Virus record (IMG/VR): IMGVR_UViG_3300013114_000583 | Span: 75,835 to 139,834 of that record | DNA: 64,000 nt | Origin: a virus | Strand: one strand, 5' to 3' | Shown: positions 18,877-29,400 of the stretch, piece after piece | Layout of the letters: each line of letters opens with the position of its first letter | Position numbering within the stretch: the stretch's first letter is position 1 | The notes under the pieces: generated by a model | What the model was told of the DNA's origin: nothing | Databases searched by the model: none | The model's input: only the letters and a program-made list of their open reading frames with translations | Translations under genes and position numbers: made by a program

Positions 18877-21041
18877 CTTTTATTTACTCCGGTCGGAATG
18901 TCGCCGGACCAAACCCCGGCAACAGCGTCGGCGATTTGAACACCGTCTAGGTTAACTACAATAGGTCTGGCTTTTTTTATGGCTTCAACTAAATTATCAA
19001 TTTTTTTGGAGGCGCTCGACCATGTGGTTTTAGCGGCAGACCAAGCTGTTTCGCCGGCTGAAACCGCGCTTTTGCCAATGCGCTTACCCTGTTCAGTTGC
19101 GGTTTCGCGGCCTGTTTTCTCAACAGCGTCATTTCTTGCCTCCAGCTTGGCTTTGCTTGCCTTCAAGCCTTTAATCGTCGCCGCAGAAGGAGATAGGGAT
19201 TTTTCGCTTTTCAATTTTTCTGCTGATTTAATATATGCCTTAAGATCCAGGATCTGGCCAGCGATCTCTGTGCTCCTTGCTTTTAGCTTTACTATATCCG
19301 ACTGTTTCAAGTCTTTGGCTTTTAGTTTTTCAGCTATCTCTCTCTGTTCCTTGACTAGCCCGGAGGTCTCATCACCCAATTTTTCGCGGGCCTTTTTGGC
19401 CAAACCTTCTCCAAAATCACCTGCGCCTCCAGAAAGGGCTTCCACGGCACCCATTACAGTACCGACTTTACCACCTATGATTGCCTGCGCTCGTTGAAAT
19501 CTAATTACCGCTGTTTTAAAAACCCCTGTTAATTCTTTTCCTGCCCCAAACTCAGTAGAGATAGACCTCTTAAACTCTGCCACGAGCATCCTAGTTGCAG
19601 TTGCCTCCCTTTCTACCCTTTGAACTCCATATTCAAACAATCTTTTTTCAAAATCTTCTTTTGTTTCTGCGGCTGAGACGCCCTTTCCTTTGCCACGGGC
19701 AAGCCCCGCATCGAGGGCCGCTCGCTGTACTTGCGCCTTATAAGCAATTTCTGTCTCCGTTAGTTCCTGTTGTTTTAATATGTCAAGCTGAGTTTTGCCA
19801 TCTCTCAACAATTTAGCAGTAGCCGCCTTGCCGTCCATTTCTTCGCGCGCTATTGCTCTTGTTGCTTTCGTGGCGGCGGTCACGCCTTTTGCAACCTCTT
19901 TACTTTGATTTGCTATAGAGGCAAGAAATTTACGTGCTGCTACCTCACTACCCAGCAGGCCGGCGACTTGTCGTTGCAACAGTCGATTGTTTAAATCAAC
20001 ACCTGACTTCTTTAAAGAATTGGTTATGTATCTCTGTCTTTGTTCCGCAGTCATGCGAGTCATTGCTGCAGGGTTAAGCCGCAATCTGAAAGTGGCATTC
20101 AAAGTTGCAATTTTCGGAACCAAGTCAGTAAAAGCATCCATATTTTTACCAAATGATTCACCCAGGTGATCAATGGTAAGGCCTGTCTCCATAGATCTCA
20201 CAGACAATTCAGCAAGATTGTTTATAGCCTGTTTGTGAGTGTACCCCTGCTTCATTCTCAGATTATCATAATACTCCATCAATTTACTTACTGGTTGATT
20301 AGTTGCATTTGCAATTCTCTGAACTTGATCAAAATGTGCAGCAAATTTATCAGGACCATCACCAAGAATATTTAGATTTTGCATGTAGCGCGCACTATCT
20401 CTTGCTTTAATTTGATATCTTTCCAAAGCAGCACCAAGCTTAACATATTGCGCCTCTGTTTCTGGGCCCAGTAATTTTATCCTTTGAAAGTTTTCCTGGG
20501 TAGCATTATAAAAATCCATTAGATACTTTTTCATCTCGCTGGGATGCATTGTTTTTATCAAATCTTGAGCGACACGAGAGTGCATCGAAGCTATATCCTC
20601 CGACGCGGTTAAAGACATGCCCTTAAAGTCGTTAAACGTTTTAAAGGCTTTGTCCCCCGTCTTGGACATCATTATGTTTAATTGCGGTATTGCGTTTACA
20701 GTTTGATTAAGATTGTATTTTAATAAATTACTATAACTCCCGAATATGTTCCCGAGAGTCTCTACCGTCATATTTCCAGCATCAGAAATGGCTTTAGTGA
20801 CTGATTGGTAGGTGGTTCTTATGTTAACATTAACGTCTTTAACACGACCATGAACATCTGGGTCATGATCTTTTTTTCTATCTGTTTGGCCTGCCGAACG
20901 AATTTTCTCTGCATCGGATTCTACCTGAGAAAACATCTTCTCCAGATCAGATGCGGCGCCTTGAGTATCGCCACCTGCCTGGATCCTATCCAGTATTTCT
21001 TTTATCTTTAGTTCTCTGGTTAAATTTGGGCCGGCCATCAC
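18873..21041 (-). CDS. Tape measure protein
   Basis: 722-aa Ala/Lys-rich helical protein after the tail chaperones; C-terminal 'PIVVNLDGVQIA' is typical of tape measure proteins. Confidence 0.72.
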   Translation of the reverse strand: MMAGPNLTRELKIKEILDRIQAGGDTQGAASDLEKMFSQVESDAEKIRSAGQTDRKKDHDPDVHGRVKDVNVNIRTTYQSVTKAISDAGNMTVETLGNIFGSYSNLLKYNLNQTVNAIPQLNIMMSKTGDKAFKTFNDFKGMSLTASEDIASMHSRVAQDLIKTMHPSEMKKYLMDFYNATQENFQRIKLLGPETEAQYVKLGAALERYQIKARDSARYMQNLNILGDGPDKFAAHFDQVQRIANATNQPVSKLMEYYDNLRMKQGYTHKQAINNLAELSVRSMETGLTIDHLGESFGKNMDAFTDLVPKIATLNATFRLRLNPAAMTRMTAEQRQRYITNSLKKSGVDLNNRLLQRQVAGLLGSEVAARKFLASIANQSKEVAKGVTAATKATRAIAREEMDGKAATAKLLRDGKTQLDILKQQELTETEIAYKAQVQRAALDAGLARGKGKGVSAAETKEDFEKRLFEYGVQRVEREATATRMLVAEFKRSISTEFGAGKELTGVFKTAVIRFQRAQAIIGGKVGTVMGAVEALSGGAGDFGEGLAKKAREKLGDETSGLVKEQREIAEKLKAKDLKQSDIVKLKARSTEIAGQILDLKAYIKSAEKLKSEKSLSPSAATIKGLKASKAKLEARNDAVEKTGRETATEQGKRIGKSAVSAGETAWSAAKTTWSSASKKIDNLVEAIKKARPIVVNLDGVQIADAVAGVWSGDIPTGVNKR

Positions 21042-21058
21042 AAATACCCCTATATTTA

Positions 21059-21066
21059 ATAATTAG
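21059..21066 (-). promoter_or_regulatory. Putative late promoter motif CTAATTAT
   Basis: In the short gap upstream of the tape measure gene; the same motif occurs upstream of other structural genes. Confidence 0.55.
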
Positions 21067-21080
21067 TATTATAAGATCTT

Positions 21081-21302
21081 TTAATTTGATTTAGTATTTT
21101 GAGCTTCTTCGATCATATCATCGATGATTCTGTTGACGAACCATCTTCTCACAGCGATTGGTAGGTGGTAGGCTTCTTGGAAAGACCAATTATTGTGTTT
21201 TTTCAAGAAAAATATAGTATCATATACATCCTCTATGTAGCTAGAGGTCAGGCCAAAAAAAGCCCGCAGTAAAGGGCACCTCCAATCTGGACACTTCTTC
21301 AC
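21081..21302 (-). CDS. Tail assembly chaperone C-terminal part (gp51/gpT-like), probably expressed by frameshift from the upstream gene
   Basis: 'WSFQEAYHLPIAVRRWFVNRII' is the gp51/gpT-type pattern; no clear SD or start of its own; overlaps the upstream gene at a T7 run. Confidence 0.65.
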   Translation of the reverse strand: MKKCPDWRCPLLRAFFGLTSSYIEDVYDTIFFLKKHNNWSFQEAYHLPIAVRRWFVNRIIDDMIEEAQNTKSN

Positions 21303-22089
21303 ATTTCTTACAAGTTAGATCCACCTCTGTATCTATCCTCGGTGAAACTAGTCTATGGATTTTCTTAATGTGCCGAGCATCCAGAGCCGGCATTAAATCC
21401 ACCACATGGCTAATAACTGTTTTATCAGTGGTGCCATGTATGTTAACAATAATAGCTTTTAAAAAGTCAGTAGTAGGCGCCTCGGGAAGGCCTAGTTCAA
21501 CTTTATTTTGTGTTGTTTTATCTATCTTCGCTTGGTCTCCATAAGTTGCTATCCGAATAGAAACATCAACATCAAGCTTTTCAATATGAAAGGTGCAAAT
21601 ACCATCAACTATTGTAATACCATTTTCATCCAATTCCTGCTTAGTCACGCTTTCGTTTGAAAATTCAGTCAAATTAACACCAACTTCATTGCGAGAACCG
21701 CATTGTTCACAATGAAACAAGGTTTCATAATTTTCCCCATATCCCGTAATTCTAGAGGCTATTAACAAAGCATTCCTGTCACAAGCCAAAAGATCCTTGT
21801 GGTTAATGTTTTTATCAACAATGACATTTTCCAAAAGCCTATCCAAAGCGATGCCCTCCGTCAAGAAGGAAGGGGAAGCCAAAACGTCCTCTTCTTTGGC
21901 TGTCATAAATCTTATTTCAATATATTCTTTATCACGCAAAGGGTGATCCGATGGATAAAACTTACCCTTTGAAGGTATTGGAACTATTTCTGTAGGTATG
22001 GAAAAGCCCATCGGACCCCCTTGAGGGGGGGTCTCTGGGCCAGTGTTTTGCGAAACAGGTGTTTTCAACCTGTTCTTATTTCTAGACAT
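21241..22089 (-). CDS. Tail assembly chaperone / T4 gp26-like baseplate hub assembly protein
   Basis: 'PSKGKFYP', 'RFMTAKEEDVL', 'DRNALLIASRITGYG', two CxxC pairs, ends 'PFTAGFFWP'; lies between tube and tape measure. Confidence 0.8.
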   Translation of the reverse strand: MSRNKNRLKTPVSQNTGPETPPQGGPMGFSIPTEIVPIPSKGKFYPSDHPLRDKEYIEIRFMTAKEEDVLASPSFLTEGIALDRLLENVIVDKNINHKDLLACDRNALLIASRITGYGENYETLFHCEQCGSRNEVGVNLTEFSNESVTKQELDENGITIVDGICTFHIEKLDVDVSIRIATYGDQAKIDKTTQNKVELGLPEAPTTDFLKAIIVNIHGTTDKTVISHVVDLMPALDARHIKKIHRLVSPRIDTEVDLTCKKCEEVSRLEVPFTAGFFWPDL

Positions 22090-22143
22090 GCGACCTCTTT
22101 TTTATATAATATCATCAAAATACTAAAGTTTTAACTTTTTTTT

Positions 22144-22734
22144 TTATGTCTCTAACTCAGATGGTCTAACAAAAGTACTAGACGGCTCACCAGCGCCAGA
22201 AACAAGGTTATAAGAGGCATCAGTCGGGTTGAGGGTTGCCCAATCATAAGTCAAAGTCACTGTTATTTCCACAATTTCCTCTGATTTATAATCAAGTTTA
22301 CCAAACTTAACATCTTTTATCCATGCATTCTCCAGGCGCCAAACCTCTATAAATCCCTTTGTTCCATCAGCGTCAAGCTGCTTGATTAAAACCGATCCTA
22401 AAGCATCCACTGCCTTCTTTTTGGAGATTGTCAGCGGAGCTTGTTGTGCTTGGCCTGGCTCCCCAGGGTTCACATAGCCGCTTTCTTCCAAAATGGCCAT
22501 CATTGTACCTGTAGCATCAGGCTGAACAGGATCCACAAGCGCAAGGGTAATATCATTCCACTTTACTCGACCTGGAAATTTAAAATCATAGTTCAAGTAC
22601 GCGTGTTCGGACACCCCCAGCGTGTAACTCGGTTTATCAATCGATTTAACAAGCCAAGCATCAATCCCGTTAAGGGACATCAACCATCTATAAGCTCGCT
22701 TTGGCTCTGTAACTCTATTTGCCCAAAAAGCCAT
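22144..22734 (-). CDS. Tail tube protein (gp19-like)
   Basis: 'EPKRAYRW', 'PGRVKWNDITLALVDP', 'WRLENAWIKDVKFGKLDY..ITVTLTYDWA'; directly after the sheath gene. Confidence 0.88.
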   Translation of the reverse strand: MAFWANRVTEPKRAYRWLMSLNGIDAWLVKSIDKPSYTLGVSEHAYLNYDFKFPGRVKWNDITLALVDPVQPDATGTMMAILEESGYVNPGEPGQAQQAPLTISKKKAVDALGSVLIKQLDADGTKGFIEVWRLENAWIKDVKFGKLDYKSEEIVEITVTLTYDWATLNPTDASYNLVSGAGEPSSTFVRPSELET

Positions 22735-22766
22735 GTATCATTCCTCCATTATTAGTTTGACCTAAT

Positions 22767-22774
22767 ATAATTAG
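22767..22774 (-). promoter_or_regulatory. Putative late promoter motif CTAATTAT
   Basis: In the gap between the sheath and tube genes. Confidence 0.55.
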
Positions 22775-22789
22775 AATCAATTAATTTTT

Positions 22790-25700
22790 TTAATCCTCAA
22801 ATGCAGCACCAGTATTGGTAATGATGAAATCTATCGCGATAAATTCTATAGAGCGCGCTGGCTTGAGAAATATCTTGGCATACATTATGTTTCTATCAAC
22901 CAAATCAGGTGTCGTCGTAGTCTTATCTAGTATTACCTTAAAATCGGTAAGACCGTATCCTTGTTTCACTCGATCCAAGAACGGAGTAACTTGAGCTAAG
23001 AACCTATCCCAAGTTGACTGAACATTCTGATCAAACAAGATTCTATTTGCAATTCTAGACACCTCTTTCTTGACATAAATTAAAAGGCGCCTGACGTTTA
23101 TCCTGTCTAAAGCAGATCTCGTTGTCTGAAGTGTCTTTTGACCAAAAACCACAATCCCTTCCGATGGGAAAGTCGCAATGGGATTTATATTAGCCTCATA
23201 AAGATCATCTCTCTGTTTCGATGAGAGTCTTTCCGTTACGCTAATAACGGGGAGACCTGCGGAGCCCTCTGTGAGGCCGCCGCGATTGAATCCCGCAGGA
23301 GCGAACCAGAGAGCTGCTCTTCTTTCTGTATTAGCGAAAACCCCAAGAGCTATAACAGAGGGGGGCACCCATACTAGAGAGTCCGTAATCTCATCATAAA
23401 TCTTAAGCCACGGATAGTAAGTACACCCATAACTAGAGTTTATACCTCTTTGCGTAAATGTCTCCGCAACGCTCTTAACTCCCGAACCAATGCGATCCTT
23501 AAAATCGGCATGTTTGTGTTCCTGAGGTGGATCGAAAACATCAGGCAAGTCAATCACTGCTAAAGAATCAGCTCTTGCTTCACAATTCCTGATCAAACTA
23601 GTTGTTAAAGTCTCATCAGTCAAGCCTGGAATGGCCATCAAATTAGCTTCAACCACTTCTGCATCAGCCACTGAATCAATAGCGCGCTTTACCGAAGCAT
23701 ACTCGTAGCTTGCCCGGGCATCTCCGGCTGCAGCCTCAATTTCACGATTATTAAACGGCTCCGACTCGGTTATGTCAACCCCGTCATAGCCTCCATAAAG
23801 AGGAGATGTGAATTTATTTATCCCGAATTCATTTAGAAGTTTAATCTCTCCTTCTAACGCTGTGGCGGAGTTTCCAGCTTTATAGGACCCAGATTCATAA
23901 TAAGCTACATTCCCGTTTGAACCAGATGTAACAATATCATCCATTGTGAAAACCCAAGACCATTCAGTTCCGCCGCTATAGTCTGCGTCCCATTTATCCT
24001 TGCCAAAGTCAGCAGCGCGAGAGCGAACGAGATCCACATAACCATCATCATAACGCGTTGAAGAGGAGCCTCGAACAGTTTGGAGGCCAAAATAAGCCTT
24101 TGTGGGATCAATAATACCACCATCTGAAGCAGAGTGTCGAAGCATTGTATGCAGAACACCAACTTTCATCTTGGCTGCTGTGTTCTTTCGCCTAGTTGCA
24201 CCGATGCCGGATTCCTCATCTGCGGCGAAAGTCGGATTAGAAGCTGAGAGCCAATAATCGCCGTGTGCAGCATTTATATCTATATCACCAAGCCAGGCCG
24301 CACCTGGGTCTGGGTCTGCGGCGACGCCAAATGTGACATCTGCTCCTTCGAAGGTTTGCGACATCGTCTCCAACACTGGGGGGCCAAAAACCCCGAATGG
24401 TATGAGAGAGGCAGGATGAAAATTTTGATCAACAGTCGAGTTCATTTCAATCCTGATATATCTAGACATATTAGGGTAATTACCATAATGCTTATATCTA
24501 TTTTCAGACAAGCTCCATTCCTGTTTTATATCCCCAATCTTTCTGGCCACATAATCACCAGAATACGGATTCAAATTACAATTTGAAAATCGCTCGACTA
24601 TCTGAACAGCGTTATCAGAATCTTTGGCTCTTCGAAGTACAACACTGAAAGAACCATAAGGATTTGTACCCCCCTTTGGTGGTGGCCTAATATCTGTAAT
24701 AGAAACTTTAAAGTCCCTATTGTTTGACTCACCTTCGTTAAGAGATGCAAACCTAAACAACTTTTGTGCCAAGTTAGGATCAAATGAGCCAGTAGAGTCA
24801 GTCCATTGCGAAAAGAACCACCCAGTTTTTGCACCCTGTACAGGATATCTCCAGTCTCCCAGCGTCTTTGAACCATTTGACAAAGGAGCTACGAAGGCAA
24901 AAGCCTCATCGCCGGTGGTCGCGGCGCCAAAAACATCCCTTGTAAGGGCGTGTTCATAGGTTTCCCCAAGCCAGTAAACATCGCCATCCTCTGTAATACT
25001 CGTATTTGTCAGAACTGGATTTGTATTCAAAACTTTTCTAATAAACTTCTTGGATGTTGTGTCGAAAGAAATAGGCACCACTTTATTGTCTCCGTGAGAC
25101 TGGTTGATAACCAACTCAAACTCAGGATTTTTCAAAGAGCCGGCGGCTGATATTGCAAGATTGGCAGAAGATGTCAACACTGTGCCAGCGCCAACAGTTT
25201 CACCAAGGACAGTCCCTTGAAGTGTGAAGTCAACTGCGTTATCGGTACCTTCAGGATTTGTGTAAAGGGCTGCGGCCAGCGATGCGTTAAAATCAGGACC
25301 CGTACCACCTGAGAACTTAGTAGTTGCAGTGGTGGACCCAGAAGCGTACACTCGAACTGTTGGATGCACTGTCGTGCCATTCGAGGCGAAACACTCTACT
25401 GTCAAATCGTTACCTGCGTACCCACCAAGTGAAGAACTAAGCACAAAGCGCGAGCCGGCGGCTGCGGCGCCGTCTTTCTCTAGAGCCGAGGCGCCGAATC
25501 CAAGTGCAAGGCCGTTCTCGGCGTCGGCGGTGCCAGTATAGTTAAGCGCTTGCTCTACTCGCTCCATAATAGCTTCCTGATCGGCTGCGCCGTTAAGACC
25601 AATGATGTAAGGGTCCTGATTCGTTCCGGCTCCACACGCGCCGTCGGGGTTGCCGTTAACATTGAGCCCGCCGCGGCAATCGGCCTTCGGGGCGCCGACG

Positions 25701-26269
25701 TCAAATCGAAATTCAACCTTTGTTGAAGATTTTCCGCCCTCTATTCTTATCCACTCATCAGCAGCGAATCCACCAGCGGCTTCTTTATCTATAACAACGC
25801 TTGGCCGAACACTACCAGTGGGAGTTCTGTAGCCTACAAACAATCCCCAAGCTGTTTCTAGCGTGGTGCCGCCGGGGCCGTTATTTGAAGCAGCCCAGCC
25901 TGCGGCACCGCCAGGGCCCTCTGCGGACGAGGCCAAAGCATCATCATCCTCAACACCCAAAAGTCTAACAAAATTAACAGGAGAACTATTTCGCAAATAC
26001 GCCTGTACAGCATAGCCAGCATACGTCGGGGCAAGGTATCCATTTCCTTCGCGCCAGGTATCATCTCCTAAGCCACCTGCTAGTGGGGCTCCAAAAATCT
26101 CAATAAATTCTGAAAAAGACTCGACCCTAACTGGTTTTAAAGCCGGGCCTCGCTCTGATCTTCCTATTATTACTGGACCTACGTCATCTGACTGCTTTGG
26201 TAATTGTGAGTTATCTATTTCGTTTAAGAAAACTCCTGGTGAAACAAATTTAAACTTCTTTTCCGACAT
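22790..26269 (-). CDS. Tail sheath protein (gp18-like) with large insertions
   Basis: N-terminal 'FVSPGVFLNEIDNS', 'GP'; C-terminal 'WFAPAGFNRG', 'INPIATF', 'FGQKTL', 'LDRINVRRL', 'KPARSIEFIAIDF'. Confidence 0.95.
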   Translation of the reverse strand: MSEKKFKFVSPGVFLNEIDNSQLPKQSDDVGPVIIGRSERGPALKPVRVESFSEFIEIFGAPLAGGLGDDTWREGNGYLAPTYAGYAVQAYLRNSSPVNFVRLLGVEDDDALASSAEGPGGAAGWAASNNGPGGTTLETAWGLFVGYRTPTGSVRPSVVIDKEAAGGFAADEWIRIEGGKSSTKVEFRFDVGAPKADCRGGLNVNGNPDGACGAGTNQDPYIIGLNGAADQEAIMERVEQALNYTGTADAENGLALGFGASALEKDGAAAAGSRFVLSSSLGGYAGNDLTVECFASNGTTVHPTVRVYASGSTTATTKFSGGTGPDFNASLAAALYTNPEGTDNAVDFTLQGTVLGETVGAGTVLTSSANLAISAAGSLKNPEFELVINQSHGDNKVVPISFDTTSKKFIRKVLNTNPVLTNTSITEDGDVYWLGETYEHALTRDVFGAATTGDEAFAFVAPLSNGSKTLGDWRYPVQGAKTGWFFSQWTDSTGSFDPNLAQKLFRFASLNEGESNNRDFKVSITDIRPPPKGGTNPYGSFSVVLRRAKDSDNAVQIVERFSNCNLNPYSGDYVARKIGDIKQEWSLSENRYKHYGNYPNMSRYIRIEMNSTVDQNFHPASLIPFGVFGPPVLETMSQTFEGADVTFGVAADPDPGAAWLGDIDINAAHGDYWLSASNPTFAADEESGIGATRRKNTAAKMKVGVLHTMLRHSASDGGIIDPTKAYFGLQTVRGSSSTRYDDGYVDLVRSRAADFGKDKWDADYSGGTEWSWVFTMDDIVTSGSNGNVAYYESGSYKAGNSATALEGEIKLLNEFGINKFTSPLYGGYDGVDITESEPFNNREIEAAAGDARASYEYASVKRAIDSVADAEVVEANLMAIPGLTDETLTTSLIRNCEARADSLAVIDLPDVFDPPQEHKHADFKDRIGSGVKSVAETFTQRGINSSYGCTYYPWLKIYDEITDSLVWVPPSVIALGVFANTERRAALWFAPAGFNRGGLTEGSAGLPVISVTERLSSKQRDDLYEANINPIATFPSEGIVVFGQKTLQTTRSALDRINVRRLLIYVKKEVSRIANRILFDQNVQSTWDRFLAQVTPFLDRVKQGYGLTDFKVILDKTTTTPDLVDRNIMYAKIFLKPARSIEFIAIDFIITNTGAAFED

Positions 26270-26333
26270 TGTTATGGTTCTCCTCTTTAAATTAAAAATC
26301 TCTCGCGATTTAAAATTATAATTTAAGCTCTTA

Positions 26334-26341
26334 ATAATTAG
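26334..26341 (-). promoter_or_regulatory. Putative late promoter motif CTAATTAT
   Basis: Between the terminator and the sheath start. Confidence 0.55.
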
Positions 26342-26373
26342 TTGAAGTTATGTCGAAAAGTAAAAAGAATAAT

Positions 26374-26403
26374 AAAGAAAAGCCCGGGCAGAAGTGCCCG
26401 GGC
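26374..26403 (-). terminator. Rho-independent terminator after the fibre gene
   Basis: Stem gcccgggca/tgcccgggc with a 4-nt loop (26382-26403), followed by a T-rich tract on the minus strand. Confidence 0.85.
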
Positions 26404-26436
26404 CATAAGGTGAGTGTATATTAAGCTACATTTTGA

Positions 26437-29400
26437 TTAATTAGCTTTCATATATTTAATCATCAAGTAGTCATCGGAATCGACACCCTCTTCCAAAACA
26501 ACTGTCGCAGCACCAGCACTTGCGCTATGAGTATAGGTATAATCATAATCACTACTGTTGCTCTCAGTCGCTTCAATGAGCAGCTGACCATTCAAGAAAA
26601 CCATGACAGATCCGGCGCCGGATACGGCACCTGCAATAGTCGCAGTTTTGGAAGAGTTGGTTAGAGCTGCAGCATTTCCTGCGCTGGAGGCCATGAAGAC
26701 CTCTTGCGTTTCCTGGGTGCCAATAAAAGTTACCAACTGAGCAAGCGTCATTGTTTTGGCTGCACTACCATCACCACCATCCTGAACCAGTATGGTATCA
26801 GTGGCGATGGTGGCGGCAGCGGCGGTCAATGCGGCACCAGCGGTGGTTGTAAGCGCACCGCATGCAACAGTACCAAGGCCCGAAACGTTACCGCTGTCGT
26901 CAAAGGTATAGTTACCATCGGAAAAGGTGCCACTAATCGTCAAATTGCGGCCGCCGGTGATGTCACCATTGCTGTCCAAGACCATTGCCTTGCTAACTGC
27001 AGCAGTACCCGGAGTAACACCGTCAAGAACACCAATTTCTGCAGTAGTGATCGTGGTCGAATCAAGCGTCAAGCTAGTATCGCCTGTGATAGTGCCTGTC
27101 ACAGCCAAGTTACCTGACGAGGTGATAGCACCACAGCCAATTGTTCCGATTGTAGCAATATTCTTACTAGCGTCGAGAACGACAGCCTTGCTAGCTGCAG
27201 CAGTACCCGGAGTAACACTGTCAAGAACGCCGATCTCAGCAGTAGTGATCGTCGTTGTATCAAGCGTCAAGCTAGTATCGCCTGTGATAGTGCCTGTCAC
27301 AGCCAAGTTACCTGACGAGGTGATAGCACCGCAACCGACAGTGCCAAGGCCCGAAACGTTACCGCTGTCGTCAAAGGTATAGTTACCATCAGACAAAGTA
27401 CCAGAAATTGTCACGTTTCTCAAGCCAGAGGCGATGTCAGCGTTGCCGTCCAAGACGAGGGCCTTGTTGGCAGCACCAGCACCATTAGTAATGCCATCCA
27501 ATTTCTCAAGATCAGATTCGCTCATAGAAGCAGAGCCGATAATGAAAGAACCAACAGCAGTTATAGAACCAGCAGTGTTCAAGTCACCATCTGAATTCAA
27601 GCGCATTTTCTCTGTGGCTGCTTCAGATTTGCCGGTTGCAAAAACCAGATCAGTATCATTGGAAGAGGAGGAAAAAGCGCCATCTGCTTCTGCATAAATT
27701 GATGCAGCAACCAAAATAGCGTCAGTGCCCGCGGAATCCAACGGAGCTTGGAAATCAATCTGACCAAGCTTGTTCCCATCGACAACTGTTGTTTCAGCAG
27801 TTGATAGAAGAAGCTTTCCTGGTGTGGCTGCACCACCTCTGAGTTCTAACTCATCAGCGGACTGATCCCATTCAAGGTAAGCTCCTGATGTATCACCGAA
27901 CATTTTCACGTCAACACCTGTGTCGTTGGCACCGAAAGTTGCAGCTGCCGTAAATGTCTTCGCTCCCGTAAATGTCTGAGTCTCGCTCAAGTGAGCAGTA
28001 TCAGCATCCAAATAAGCCGAAGCAACCGCAGTGCCGTTCCAAACACCAGAGGCAATCGTACCAACGCTAGTCAGACTAGAACCGACAACACTGGAGCCAA
28101 GTGTAGTTGCACTAAGAACAGAAGCATTGTTGATCTTGTAGACCTTGGTGCTGGCAAGACTCATGTTCTCTGAAGAAGTCCAGTTGTCCCCAGTATTTGC
28201 CCATTGAAAAGTTTTATCACTGTCTGAAGATTTGAGGGTAATACCGCCACCATCAACAGAAGCATCATCGCCTTCAGAACCACTGGGAGAATGTGCAAGA
28301 TCGATGTTCTTGTCATCCAGCTGGATGGTGGTCGAGTTAACTGTTGTGGTTGTTCCACTAATTGTTAAATCACCTCCTATAGTAACTCCGCCGGCAAAAG
28401 TTGCCAACTTATCACTATCCAGCCTCAATACTTCAGATTGTGAAGCATTGCCGTCTGTTGTATACATAACTAATGCTGCACCGTTCTCGGTGCCCGACCA
28501 GGTGGCATCAGCGATAGCTTCAATTCTTGCACCTACTGTCATGGTACTCGAAGTGTCCTCTGCGGCAGCGAACTCAATTACACCTAGCCGATGATCGTCG
28601 GCTAAAGGCTGTCCATCATTAGATGCCAACCGTATGTATCCACCCTCTGTGGCACTACTTGAGGTTGAATCTGTGACTGTAATACCAGGGGTATCGATTG
28701 TCACTGCAGTCGAAGCATTGATATCAACAGTTGGAGCTGTCATATCAAGAGTGGTGCCTGAATTAATTTCCAAGTGACCGTTAGAGGAGGCAACAATGTT
28801 TTCTTCGCCTCCACCGTCGTGAAATGATAGCTTAGAAGTAAGACCAAGAATCAGCTCATCAGCGGACTCATCCCACATCATGAATTCACCGGTAGTATTA
28901 CCGAAGAATTTGACATCATACCCATCTGTGTCAGCGCCGACAGTAAGCGTTCCGTCCAAGTCTACGGCGCCATCAATATCAACAGCGTCAAGATTAGTTG
29001 TGCCATCAACATCAATATCGCCAGAGATATCCAGATTCGCAAAGACAGAAGTTCCGGTTGAGGTGATAGCACCACAGCCAATTGTTCCGATTGTAGCAAT
29101 ATTCTTGCTTCCGTCGAGAACGACAGCCTTGCTAGCTGCAGCAGCACCTGCAGTAACAGAATCAAGAACGCCGATTTCAGCAGTAGTGATCGTCGTTGTA
29201 TCAAGCGTCAAGCTAGTATCGCCTGTGATAGTGCCTGTCACAGCCAAGTTACCTGACGAGGTGATTGCACCACAACCAACAGTGCCGATAGACGCAATAT
29301 TACCACTACCGTCCAAGACAAGAGCCTTACTCGCAGCAGCGGTACCATTTGTGATGCCATCAAGCTTTTCCAAGTCAGCCTCGCTCATGGCAGCAGAGCC

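Noticed and set aside
27119-29271. Diversity-generating retroelement TR/VR pair in the fibre gene
   Set aside because: Mismatches between copies are not adenine-specific (C/G, T/A, T/C seen), both copies are internal coding sequence, and no reverse transcriptase is present in the window.
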